Assembly (NCBI GenBank): GCA_963977445.1
Contig: CAXBPH010000025.1
Coordinates: forward strand, 1 to 41,179
Length of the DNA: 41,179 bases
Source: an uncultured bacterium
Lineage (GTDB): Bacteria > Hydrogenedentota > Hydrogenedentia > Hydrogenedentales > JAEUWI01
Reading direction: 5' to 3'
The position numbers and the translations under genes are program-made. Within the stretch, counting starts at the first letter, position 1. The number at the start of each line of letters is the position of its first letter. The notes beneath the pieces are model-generated. The model did no database searches, was not told the DNA's origin, and was given only the letters and a program-made list of their open reading frames with translations. Positions 1 through 9,049 of this stretch are shown one piece after another.

Positions 1-717
1 GTAGGCACGGTCCACTACAGCTATGAAATTGTCTGCACCTCCAAGCGTGGTGAGTTGGGCGTGCTCTCTACCCCCGGCACCGCCCCATTGGCAGGCATGG
101 TATCCGCCGATGACGGCCTCTACCCAACGGTTGAAGACGAAATCCGTGCGGCCTTTACACCAGACGGTGGCCGGGTCGCCGTCGGCCCCTATAGCGCCAC
201 GGGCAACAACAGCGTCGGCCCCTTCCTTATACGGACGGACCACGCGCTTTCCCTGTTGTGGGAACGTGATCTCACCGGGCTCGCTTTTGACGAGATTCAT
301 GACGTTCGCGTGGCCCGAAATGGCGACCTTCTCCTCTCGGGCTCAACATCCCTCGGTGGTACGGCAGGAGAGACGCTGATTACGCGTATGGATAGCGAGG
401 GCAATCTTCTCTGGGAACAAGTACTTCCCGGCGTGCCTGCCGCGTCCGTCCACGCCCTTTGTGACGCCGAAGAAGACGGCGTGCAGATTCTTGCGCTCCT
501 ACCCGCATCCGATGGCACCTACACGCCTTCCGTTTACACGCTGGATCGCTTCAGCAACTTCCGCTGGTCGGTCGAATTACCCCGTACGCTGACGAATGAA
601 GGTTGGGGCATCTACCCAGGGGCCGACGATGTATCGATGGTGTATTGCGGTGCGACCGACACCCAGCCTATTCGCTATCGACTCCATGGCGACGGAACGA
701 TTGCCTACAACGACTAA
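1..717 (+). CDS. C-terminal part of a (probably secreted) protein with beta-propeller-like repeats; truncated by the window start
   Basis: Frame is open from position 1. Repeated 'ITRMDSEGNLLWEQ', 'LIRTDHALSLLWER' and 'YTLDRFSNFRWSV' segments resemble propeller blades. Confidence 0.6.
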   Translation, partial: VGTVHYSYEIVCTSKRGELGVLSTPGTAPLAGMVSADDGLYPTVEDEIRAAFTPDGGRVAVGPYSATGNNSVGPFLIRTDHALSLLWERDLTGLAFDEIHDVRVARNGDLLLSGSTSLGGTAGETLITRMDSEGNLLWEQVLPGVPAASVHALCDAEEDGVQILALLPASDGTYTPSVYTLDRFSNFRWSVELPRTLTNEGWGIYPGADDVSMVYCGATDTQPIRYRLHGDGTIAYND

Positions 718-840
718 TTCCTGGTTAGCCCATGGCGCATCGGAGTTTTCCGCCAAACCCGGCGACTTCTCCCCCACACCTGAGCGCACCAGAAAGATTG
801 AACAATTGCATTACCCCAACCGTATCTGGAGTTCTAATTG

Positions 841-2103
841 ATGAATTTTATTTCCCAAGCCCCGTTGTTTCGATGTGCGATCCCGTTGACCTTGCTTCTT
901 CTGAGTCAGGCGGCTCAGGCGGCCATTTCCCCAAACGATTTTCAGGGGTCCGATGTTGAGCGCATCAACCAGGCCATCGCCGCCGGGGCCACTACGGGTG
1001 AAACCGTAGTCATTCCCAGAATAAACCGGGCCGCCGAGGGTGAACGCCCCATCTGGATACTCGACTCGGCTATCCTCGTCCAGAGCAACACCTATCTGGA
1101 GCTGGAAAACTGCCATATCAAACTCTCCGACCGTAGTCGCGACAACATCATTCGCAGCGCAAACTGTGGCATGGGCATCGTAGATATTCAGCCCATGACC
1201 AACATCTCCATCGTGGGCAAAGGGCGGGTCACCCTGGAAGGCGCGGACAATCCCCGCTCCACCGGGGACAGTGCCAAAAAACTCGGTGAGCGCACCTACG
1301 GCACCGATGCCGGGGTTGAAGGAGAAAGCCAGACCGGCGATTGGCGCAATATCGGTATCCTCATGGCTTTTGTAGAAAATTTCCGCCTGGAAAACCTCTT
1401 CCTGAAAGACGCCCATAGCTGGACCATCTCCCTGGAGCGTTGCGCCTTTGGCGTTATCCGCGATATTGAATTTTCTGCCGATGAAGGCAAAGAGGTCAAT
1501 GGGAAGCGGGAAGTCTTCCTCAATCAGGATGGCCTCGACCTCCGTCAGGGTTGTCACGATATCGACATCTCCAATATCACCGGCCACACCGGCGACGATC
1601 TTATCGCCCTCACCAATATCCTCAACGACAAATACGCCGCAGGTAGCCCGGACTACATCATGGTCAGCGCGCCCAACAACCGGGGTAACAGTCAGGATGA
1701 TATCTATAACATCATCATCCGCAATGTGCGTGGTTATACCGCAGGAGGTCACCATATTGTTCGCCTCCTGAACGCCAGCGGCCTGAAAATACACGATGTT
1801 ATCCTGGATGGTCTTATCGATACTTCCACCGGGCGCAATGCGAAAGCCGCCGTCAAAATTGGCGACGCCAATCCCGCGTGGGGTGGCGTCACCCCCTTGG
1901 GCGACACCTATCATATTTTCATCAGCAACGTCATGAGCCGCGCCCAACACACTATCTTCATTGGCGGGTCATTGTCGGAGTCCACCATCACCAACGTGAT
2001 GAAATACGGCGCGGCTGGCGAAGCCATCACCTATGCTTCCGGCGAGGAATATGTGCGCAATCTGACGATCCGCGATGCCAATGCCATGACGTGGGAAAAG
2101 TAA
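841..2103 (+). CDS. Secreted right-handed beta-helix protein (GH28/pectin lyase-like superfamily)
   Basis: N-terminal signal peptide (AQA-A), 'SDVERINQAI', 'NQDGLDLRQGCHDIDISNITGHTGDDLIAL' (GH28-like N-x-DG...GDD motif), and I/N-rich beta-helix repeats. Confidence 0.8.
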   Translation: MNFISQAPLFRCAIPLTLLLLSQAAQAAISPNDFQGSDVERINQAIAAGATTGETVVIPRINRAAEGERPIWILDSAILVQSNTYLELENCHIKLSDRSRDNIIRSANCGMGIVDIQPMTNISIVGKGRVTLEGADNPRSTGDSAKKLGERTYGTDAGVEGESQTGDWRNIGILMAFVENFRLENLFLKDAHSWTISLERCAFGVIRDIEFSADEGKEVNGKREVFLNQDGLDLRQGCHDIDISNITGHTGDDLIALTNILNDKYAAGSPDYIMVSAPNNRGNSQDDIYNIIIRNVRGYTAGGHHIVRLLNASGLKIHDVILDGLIDTSTGRNAKAAVKIGDANPAWGGVTPLGDTYHIFISNVMSRAQHTIFIGGSLSESTITNVMKYGAAGEAITYASGEEYVRNLTIRDANAMTWEK

Positions 2104-2113
2104 CTATGGTCGC

Positions 2114-2159
2114 GCGGGTAGGGTTCCGGTTCAAAGTTGCATCCCCGGTGCCTACCCGC
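2114..2159 (+). terminator. Intergenic stem-loop (possible terminator/REP-like)
   Basis: GCGGGTAGG (2114-2122) pairs with CCTACCCGC (2151-2159), with inner CCGG arms, directly after the stop at 2103. No clear U-tract. Confidence 0.4.
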
Positions 2160-2173
2160 TAGGCTTATCCTTT

Positions 2174-4471
2174 GTGCCGTTTTTCTCCATGACTTCAGAG
2201 AAAGTGAACCTTTTTATGTCTGTTCAACTCATTGCCTTTATCGCCCTCCTGGGGGTAAACCTGCCCATGGGTTCCGCACCGGAACCGGTCCCTTTCCCCC
2301 ATTTCCCCGACACCCTCCATACCTACGTCTGGCGCAATTGGTCGCTGGTTCCCATGGATCGTCTGGCAAAGACGGTGGGTGCCACACCGGAGCAACTTGT
2401 CGCCGTGGGTGCGTCCATGGGTCTCGGTGAAGCTCCTGTCATCGACGCCGAGCAGGAAGCGCGTTCCTATATTTCCGTTATCCGCCGCAATTGGCATCTC
2501 CTCCCCTATGAGCAATTGCTGACTCTGCTGGATTGGGATGCAGAGAAACTCGATTTCGTCTTACGAGAAGACGATTTCCTTTTCATTAAATTTGGCAGCC
2601 TGAAACCCAAATGCCCGCCTATCGCCTACGAAGCGCCGAGCGCTGAGACTGCAGCGGCCGCCGCTCGTATCGCCACGTGGGTAAAGGGTGATTTCCCCGA
2701 TGGTATTGACCACACGAAAGAACCCCTCTTTGGCTTCGTCAAAAACCTGAGTGCGCCCTTCACCGGCACGATCGAAACACCAACGGAACAGCATTTTAAT
2801 CCCCGCTACTGCGCGCCCTATTTTGGACTCTATGGCGATCCCCTGGAGAATTCTGAAATCGACCCCTTTCCCCCTGCGTATCTGGAACGGGTAAAAGCGT
2901 CCGGCGTAAGTGGCATCTGGATGCCCGTGCTCCTCTATCAACTCGCTCCTTTTCCCTGGGAGCCGGAAATGAGCGAGGGTTATGAAGAGCGATTGGCCTA
3001 TCTCAATGAACTCGTGAACCGCGTCAAGGAATCGGGCGTCGACATCTATCTCTATCTCAATGAACCCCGAGGCCTTCCCCACCGATTCTTTGATAAACAC
3101 CCCGAACTCAAGGGAATTTCAAGTGGTGAGGTTTCTGCCCTGTGCAGTTCCGTTCCCGAAGTGCAGGCCTGGTTGCGTGACTCCGTTACGCTCCTTTGCA
3201 AGTCTGTCCCCAACCTGGGGGGAATCTTCACCATCTCCGCATCGGAAAACCTGACCAATTGCTGGTCGAAGGGACCGAGCAACTGCCCACGTTGTAAAGA
3301 GCGCGCACCCGACACCGTCGTCGCCGAAGTCAGCACCCTTATCTGGGATGGCATCCAGGCCGCCGACAGCAGCGCCGAATACATCGCGTGGGACTGGGGC
3401 TGGAGCAATGACTGGGCCCCTGGCGTCATCGAAAAACTCCCCTTGGGCGTCGCGCTTCAGAGTGTAAGCGAGTGGGACATGACGGTCACCCGCGGCGGCA
3501 TCGAAACCCGTGTTGGCGAATACTCCCTCTCCGCCGTGGGACCGGGCCCCCGTGCCACGGCCCATTGGAAGGTCGCCCGAGACCGTGGCATGAAGACGGT
3601 AGCGAAGATCCAGGCCAACAATACCTGGGAGCTTTCCAGTGTGCCCTACATACCGGCGGTAGCCAATGCCGCCCAGCACGCAAAAAACCTTCGGGAAGCC
3701 GGGGTGGAAGGCATTATGCTTGGGTGGACCCTGGGTGGACACCCGTCGCCCAATCTTGAAGTTTTCTCGGCCATGGGCACAAACACCGAGGCCACGCCGG
3801 AAGAGGCAATGCTTCAGGTGGCCACGGCACGTTTCGGCCCGGCGATTGCCCCCCAGGCAGTCGAATTCTGGCAGTCCGTGAGCGCCGCCTTTTCGGAGTA
3901 CCCCTATCATATCGGCGTGATGTACAACGGTCCCCAGCAGGTCGGCCCCGCAAACCTTCTCTGGGAAAAATCTACGGGCTACCGCTCGACCATGGTCTGC
4001 TTCCCCTATGATAGCCTGGACACCTGGCGCGCTCATTTTCCGCCCGTCATTTTCCGGCAGCAGTTTGACCTTATGGCCACCGGTTTCAACAAGGCCGCCG
4101 ATGTGCTCCAAGCCTTGGATTCGTCGGCATTGAATGAGCAACAGAAGGCCAACCTGGAACAGGAGCTTCGCATAACCCGGGCTTGCGCCGTGCATTTTGA
4201 GAGTGTCGCCAATCAGACCGCCTTCATTGTCGCCCGTGATGCCCTCGCCACCGCCGAAGGTGACAGTCGCACCGCCCTGATCGACGAATTGGAGTCCCTG
4301 CTGAAGCGGGAAATCGCATTGGCCCAACAGCTCCATGCCATTCAGTCCATCGATTCCCGTATCGGTTTCGAGGCCTCCAATCACTATTTCTACATCCCCA
4401 ACGATCTCGTTGAAAAAACCATCAATTGCGAATACCTGTTGGCCGAGTGGATCCCCGCCTTGCGCGCATAG
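2174..4471 (+). CDS. Large secreted hypothetical protein, probable glycoside-hydrolase-like TIM-barrel domain (start may be 2189 or 2216)
   Basis: 765-aa ORF with a hydrophobic signal-like N-terminus, 'GVDIYLYLNEP', 'NCPRC' and 'AWDWGW' segments. Confidence 0.65.
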   Translation: MPFFSMTSEKVNLFMSVQLIAFIALLGVNLPMGSAPEPVPFPHFPDTLHTYVWRNWSLVPMDRLAKTVGATPEQLVAVGASMGLGEAPVIDAEQEARSYISVIRRNWHLLPYEQLLTLLDWDAEKLDFVLREDDFLFIKFGSLKPKCPPIAYEAPSAETAAAAARIATWVKGDFPDGIDHTKEPLFGFVKNLSAPFTGTIETPTEQHFNPRYCAPYFGLYGDPLENSEIDPFPPAYLERVKASGVSGIWMPVLLYQLAPFPWEPEMSEGYEERLAYLNELVNRVKESGVDIYLYLNEPRGLPHRFFDKHPELKGISSGEVSALCSSVPEVQAWLRDSVTLLCKSVPNLGGIFTISASENLTNCWSKGPSNCPRCKERAPDTVVAEVSTLIWDGIQAADSSAEYIAWDWGWSNDWAPGVIEKLPLGVALQSVSEWDMTVTRGGIETRVGEYSLSAVGPGPRATAHWKVARDRGMKTVAKIQANNTWELSSVPYIPAVANAAQHAKNLREAGVEGIMLGWTLGGHPSPNLEVFSAMGTNTEATPEEAMLQVATARFGPAIAPQAVEFWQSVSAAFSEYPYHIGVMYNGPQQVGPANLLWEKSTGYRSTMVCFPYDSLDTWRAHFPPVIFRQQFDLMATGFNKAADVLQALDSSALNEQQKANLEQELRITRACAVHFESVANQTAFIVARDALATAEGDSRTALIDELESLLKREIALAQQLHAIQSIDSRIGFEASNHYFYIPNDLVEKTINCEYLLAEWIPALRA

Positions 4472-4507
4472 TTCGGGAAACTCGCCAGGAACTCCTGGTA
4501 CAACACC

Positions 4508-4552
4508 TATAATGTTAATGTTTCACGGGCGGACCCTTCGGGGTCCGTCCGT
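4508..4552 (+). promoter_or_regulatory. TATAAT -10 box followed by a 12-bp hairpin with a cUUCGg tetraloop, upstream of the VOC gene
   Basis: TATAAT at 4508-4513; ACGGGCGGACCC-TTCG-GGGTCCGTCCGT at 4525-4552. Confidence 0.5.
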
Positions 4553-4620
4553 AGCCTATACTGCAGTTTCTGCGCCGCGCTGGCCGATAAACCTATCCGC
4601 AAGGGAAAGGACTATACCCA

Positions 4621-5025
4621 ATGACACGTCTCGACCATGTTGCAATACAGGTCTCAGATATCGATGCATCCATTGCTTTTTATACCGAAGTTCTTGGCTT
4701 GCCCCTTATGTTTAAGACGGAAGATCGGGACCATCTTGAGGTCTTCGCTTATCTGGAACTCGAGGGGGGGAATTTGGAGCTACTCGCACTCACCGACCCA
4801 AAGGGCAACGTCATCCCCCGGGAACTTCCCGAAATAAAAAAGCCCTATTGCCCCCATGTTGCGCTGGGCGTGGATGATCTCGATGTTGTCATCGCGGAAC
4901 TACAGTCCAAGGGCGTTGCCCTCATCGATGGCCCCCTGATTATTCCCGGCAAGGTTCGCTGGCTTTATTTCAGTGACCCCGACAACAACGTCATCGAATA
5001 CGTCCAGTGGCTCGACAAAGCCTAG
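4621..5025 (+). CDS. VOC family (glyoxalase/bleomycin-resistance/epimerase) protein
   Basis: 'LDHVAIQVSDIDASIAFYTEVLG', 'LELL', 'HVALGVDD' and 'YFSDPDNNVIE' match VOC metal-ligand motifs; AAGGA Shine-Dalgarno. Confidence 0.9.
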   Translation: MTRLDHVAIQVSDIDASIAFYTEVLGLPLMFKTEDRDHLEVFAYLELEGGNLELLALTDPKGNVIPRELPEIKKPYCPHVALGVDDLDVVIAELQSKGVALIDGPLIIPGKVRWLYFSDPDNNVIEYVQWLDKA

Positions 5026-5037
5026 GAGTACGCCCCC

Positions 5038-6897
5038 ATGCATTGGCCCGCAAAAGGTCTCGCCCTCTGCCTTGTGGCGCTCGCCGGTATAGCCCATGGG
5101 GCCGATCAGCCCATTGAATCCTCCCCCGGCTGGGCACCTTTTGAACGAATACGGGCCTATTGGAGTCCACCCCTCGATCTGATTGCCCCCCTCCACGACG
5201 CCGGCTTTAACACCATTATCCAGCGTCTGGAAATCGGGACCAAAAGAAACGATCCTGCGTTCAACGACGCCGAGGAACAGACCCGTGCTTCCAGCCGTCT
5301 GGCGAAGCAATTGGGAATGCACTATTTTCACTGTCTCGATCCCGGCGCGATGGGCGCTATCCCCCAGGCCGGATTCGAGGGCAACGACCGACGTTTTCAT
5401 GACGGCAAGCTGCCCTGTCCTTTGGATGAGCTATTCTGGGAGCGGGTGATGACCGGCCGTTTCCTTGATGTGATTGAAATGCTCTCCGGGGAAGACTATC
5501 GCCTCGACGGCCTGATCATCGACCCCGAAATGTATACGTTTAATGGGGCTTTTATCACCATACCCTGCTACTGCGATGATTGTGCCGCTATCTTTCCCCA
5601 ACACCTTATCGATGGGGACGATCTTGTCGGAATGGATTTGGCATCACGGGCCGATTGGCTCTCAGAACATGTCCTTCTCGATGACTATGAGGAATGGCAA
5701 CAGGACACGGTCACGGGACGCCTGGTCGATATGCGTGAGCGCATCCATGCGAAGCGCCCCGATCTCATTCTGGGCTTCCTGATTTTTCGTGACCGCCCCT
5801 GGTTTAAGGCCTTGGCCGCTGGACTCTCGACCCCGGAGCGTCCCGTCCTCATTTGCCCCGAGGGCACCTATTCGGGCGCTTATAATGACGACTACCTCGC
5901 CTATCAGGCGGGGCTGAATGAAATCGTGGAAGTTCCCTACAGCTACTGTCCGGGTATCTGGGTGGGTTATGGGGAAGACGAAACGCTGCCAACCGCCTTT
6001 ATGGAGGTTGTCCCCGGAAACGTCTATCAACGGTCCATTCGCTCGTCGGGCTATTGGGTTTATGCCTCCCACCGTTGGGGCGGCAATGGTGAGAAAGCCA
6101 AACCCTTTACCGACCTTTTTCGACGGATTAACGACGAGCTCGACCGCTATCGTGATGCCGAGGGACGATATGAAAGTGCTCTCGTCGCCCAGCCGCTGCC
6201 CCTTGAGCGCCCCGGCAATCTCCATGAACTGCTACTGGAAGCGCGGGACTGGCAACCGGTAGTGGACGTGCCTTCAACGGTGCCCCGCAGCAATGAGCTA
6301 CTCGCCTTGCGAGGCCAGCATCAGGCCGTCATCAATGCGCGAAAGGGGGATGAGATTACCGTCTCCCTTCGCAATTATCAGTTGGGCTCGTACACCAGCG
6401 CCGGGCGCATTGTGATTTACAATCCCGGCATGGAAGTCATCGCCGATGAAATCTGCGGGGTGAACCAACGAATTGACTATGCCTTCACAGTCACCTGGGA
6501 AGGTCCCTACGTCGTCCTGGCCAGCGCGGGGTCAGGCGTCCCCAATGCCTTCAGCCTGGACATCCAAGGGGCACCCTGGGTCTTGTCGGGCAAGCAGATC
6601 CATTTCAACAAGCGCGGTGGATTCATTTACTTCTGGGTGCCCGAGGCCATGGAGACCATCAACCTCGCCCTCAGCGGTGCCGGAAAAGAGACGGTGACCT
6701 ACAGGCTCTATAGCCCGGATGGCATAGAACACTTGAATCTGGAAGGGGTCGATGTCGTACAAAAGCACCAGCTACGCAGTGATGCTATCCCGGGCATCTG
6801 GGCACTGCAAATCAGCGACATCGTGGACGACGGCCAGTTCTCTATTGAGGGCGTTGACCGATTTGCCCTCAAGCCGGAATTCGTCGTCACGAACTGA
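5038..6897 (+). CDS. Secreted hypothetical protein: GH-like catalytic domain with a CYCxxC motif plus C-terminal beta-sandwich modules
   Basis: Signal peptide (AHG-A), 'DGLIIDPEMY...PCYCDDC', beta-rich C-terminal half; AGGAG Shine-Dalgarno. Confidence 0.6.
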   Translation: MHWPAKGLALCLVALAGIAHGADQPIESSPGWAPFERIRAYWSPPLDLIAPLHDAGFNTIIQRLEIGTKRNDPAFNDAEEQTRASSRLAKQLGMHYFHCLDPGAMGAIPQAGFEGNDRRFHDGKLPCPLDELFWERVMTGRFLDVIEMLSGEDYRLDGLIIDPEMYTFNGAFITIPCYCDDCAAIFPQHLIDGDDLVGMDLASRADWLSEHVLLDDYEEWQQDTVTGRLVDMRERIHAKRPDLILGFLIFRDRPWFKALAAGLSTPERPVLICPEGTYSGAYNDDYLAYQAGLNEIVEVPYSYCPGIWVGYGEDETLPTAFMEVVPGNVYQRSIRSSGYWVYASHRWGGNGEKAKPFTDLFRRINDELDRYRDAEGRYESALVAQPLPLERPGNLHELLLEARDWQPVVDVPSTVPRSNELLALRGQHQAVINARKGDEITVSLRNYQLGSYTSAGRIVIYNPGMEVIADEICGVNQRIDYAFTVTWEGPYVVLASAGSGVPNAFSLDIQGAPWVLSGKQIHFNKRGGFIYFWVPEAMETINLALSGAGKETVTYRLYSPDGIEHLNLEGVDVVQKHQLRSDAIPGIWALQISDIVDDGQFSIEGVDRFALKPEFVVTN

Positions 6898-7083
6898 GAC
6901 GTGACGACTGTCGCAGGAGAAAAAGCATCGTCGCGGTGCTGTTCGATTACGCCACGCGTACGAACCGTCGTACTTCAGGGTCGCGCGGCACGTCTGGCAC
7001 CAGAAATATCGAATCTATCGCTCCCGATACGTGCGCATGAACCTTAGAAATATCCTTGGCACCACCATCGGGAACTTCGAGAC

Positions 7084-8169
7084 TTAGTCTGCGTCCAGCT
7101 CTTCGAAAACGGCTTTCATCAACAAGGGCAACACCACGGTAGCGTCCGCGTAGACCTCGGCATACTTTCCACCGTCTGCGGGGGGAACAAATTTGCCCCA
7201 ACTGACGCCTTCGGAATAGGTACACCCCGAAAGGCCACCCCAGTGGACGGGTTCCGGACAGATGCGGACACCATATTGAAATCGCGGGTTGGGCAATTCA
7301 ATACCGAGCCGTGCAGAGGTAATGTCGAAATAGGGTCCCACTTGCTGGGCCCAATTCCGGGGCACGCCACCGCCAATGGTGATAATGCCCAACTTTTCCG
7401 ACTTTCCGATCAGACGGGCATATTCCTGCATATCCAGAAAGGGATTGAAGGCCGGCACGGCCGTAAAGACTTCATCAGGCGTAAGGGGGCGCCCTTTTTC
7501 CGCCTGCATAGCCGCGACGGAGGCCGCCATGACGTGGGTGGAGAAATCCAGGCCCATTTCACTGTCGGTGAAGGCGGGAATGAAGACAGGCACCCGTTTG
7601 CACCAGGCGCTTCGTAAAATACCGGGCCCCTGATCCAATTGGTCGAGGCGCTCGCCGACGGCGCGGCAAAAACGGGAGGAACACCACACCCCATCATCGG
7701 GAACGGTGTTGGCGAGCACATCGGCCACCAACTCCGCTACGTCATTGAGATTGGATTCCATTTCCAGGGTGTCGTAGATCCGGTTGTAGCCCTTGGCGAA
7801 GAGCTCCGAATCGTCAGCAGCGGGGTCGACCGCATAATGCGTCAGGCCGATACTTTCGGTGACGCCATGGGCCACCAGGGCACCGGTGGCGACCACCGCA
7901 TCCACAAGGCCGCTATCTATCATCTGACAGATAATCTGACCCTGCTTGGCAACGGTCATGGCCCCGGACAGGGTAAGCACCGTCGTGCATCCCTGATCCC
8001 GGGCCATACTCAGAGTGACATCCAGCGCCTTGCCGAGCTGACGCCCGCCAAAGGCTGTACGCCCCATAGCGCGAACTAGCCCGGAGAAAGAGTCCAATTC
8101 GTTGAGATTAAGACTCTTAAGCGGCACGAGCCCGTCGGCCCGCCCATCGTGCATTTCGCGATCTGACAT
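7084..8169 (-). CDS. Deoxyhypusine synthase-like protein (bacterial DHS/homospermidine synthase-like)
   Basis: 'LTLSGAMT', 'VATGAL', 'GYNRIYD', 'PAFTDSEMG', 'IGGGVPRN', 'GGLSGCTYSEGVSWGK' (catalytic Lys retained) and 'EVYADAT'. Confidence 0.92.
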   Translation of the reverse strand: MSDREMHDGRADGLVPLKSLNLNELDSFSGLVRAMGRTAFGGRQLGKALDVTLSMARDQGCTTVLTLSGAMTVAKQGQIICQMIDSGLVDAVVATGALVAHGVTESIGLTHYAVDPAADDSELFAKGYNRIYDTLEMESNLNDVAELVADVLANTVPDDGVWCSSRFCRAVGERLDQLDQGPGILRSAWCKRVPVFIPAFTDSEMGLDFSTHVMAASVAAMQAEKGRPLTPDEVFTAVPAFNPFLDMQEYARLIGKSEKLGIITIGGGVPRNWAQQVGPYFDITSARLGIELPNPRFQYGVRICPEPVHWGGLSGCTYSEGVSWGKFVPPADGGKYAEVYADATVVLPLLMKAVFEELDAD

Positions 8170-8189
8170 ACTACAAACTCCTCCGTCCG

Positions 8190-8591
8190 CTATATGACGG
8201 CAAGTTCCGCCACCGCAGGCACCTGAAGAAAATCGTTTTCTTCCTCGGCAAAGCGGGGCATGGTGCGAATGAAGACATCACCAAGGTCCACCTCTTCACG
8301 AATACACTCCAAGACCTTAAGGGGGTCGGTGGAGCCACACGTAAAGACGTCCATGGCAATGAGGCCGTCATCCGCGTAGGTATGGGCAGAGCAGTGGCTC
8401 TCGTCCAAGAGTACTACGGCGGTAAATCCGGGGGGGGAGTTGTGTCCAAAGTGATAACGCACTTGCGAGATCACCGTCGCTCCGGCACGCTCTGCGCCTC
8501 GGGCCATAGCCCGCAGCACCAGCTTATCATCCAGACATACTTCGCGGGACACATTGTGACAGTCGATTAGTAGATGTTTGCCTCTGTGCAA
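8190..8591 (-). CDS. speD: Pyruvoyl-dependent S-adenosylmethionine decarboxylase family proenzyme (SpeD/SpeH-like); start revised to TTG at 8591 (133 aa)
   Basis: 'GKHLLID', 'GFTAVVLLDESHCSAHTY' (E-S self-cleavage site) and 'DVFTCG'. GAGGAGG at 8607-8601 lies 9 nt upstream of the TTG. Confidence 0.85.
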   Translation of the reverse strand: MHRGKHLLIDCHNVSREVCLDDKLVLRAMARGAERAGATVISQVRYHFGHNSPPGFTAVVLLDESHCSAHTYADDGLIAMDVFTCGSTDPLKVLECIREEVDLGDVFIRTMPRFAEEENDFLQVPAVAELAVI

Positions 8592-8704
8592 TTCATAAAA
8601 CCTCCTCTGAGTATACAAAGCAGTACACACCGCCTTACGCTCGATCTCCTTGCTCAAGGGAGGCTTGGGGACGGTAACCAAACCAAATTTTTTCGTGGAG
8701 ACAA

Positions 8705-8733
8705 ATAATATAGATGATGGGACCAGGAATCAA
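8705..8733 (-). promoter_or_regulatory. Putative sigma70 promoter (proximal) for speD-dhs
   Basis: TTGATT (8733-8728) - 17 nt - TATTAT (8710-8705). Confidence 0.5.
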
Positions 8734-8919
8734 GTACTTTCTGACAGTATTTTTCACACGATTTTGGTGCATGATTATTCTGGTGCCATGGGTAGACACA
8801 CTTTCGGCATAAAACGCTGTCGGAATGCCCATGACGGAAAGAAACTCAACCCGGAACTCCACCCTGCTCCACCGGGACTGGTCAGAAAAAAAAGGGCCTC
8901 TGACCATTCCTGTTCGCTT

Positions 8920-8948
8920 TTTCTACCACACGAACCCCCATGTGTCAA
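8920..8948 (-). promoter_or_regulatory. Putative sigma70 promoter (distal) for speD-dhs
   Basis: TTGACA (8948-8943) - 17 nt - TAGAAA (8925-8920), with a TG extension. Confidence 0.5.
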
Positions 8949-9049
8949 GGATTCTGCAGATAAAAAAATATCGGGAGTGCGGATACCCCCTGCCCTCCGT
9001 CTATGGCGACGTAACGGGGCGAGGTCGAGTGGCGAGATCGACGGGCTGT

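Noticed and set aside
811..4384. Long antisense ORFs (811-1950, 3119-4384)
   Set aside because: They shadow well-supported plus-strand genes and have no motifs; expected in GC-rich DNA.
6947..7225. 92-aa minus-strand ORF running past the DHS stop
   Set aside because: It overlaps DHS in another frame and has no Shine-Dalgarno or motif.
8592..8681. 30-aa N-terminal extension of SpeD in the ORF track
   Set aside because: The strong Shine-Dalgarno and the family-typical N-terminus favour the TTG at 8591.
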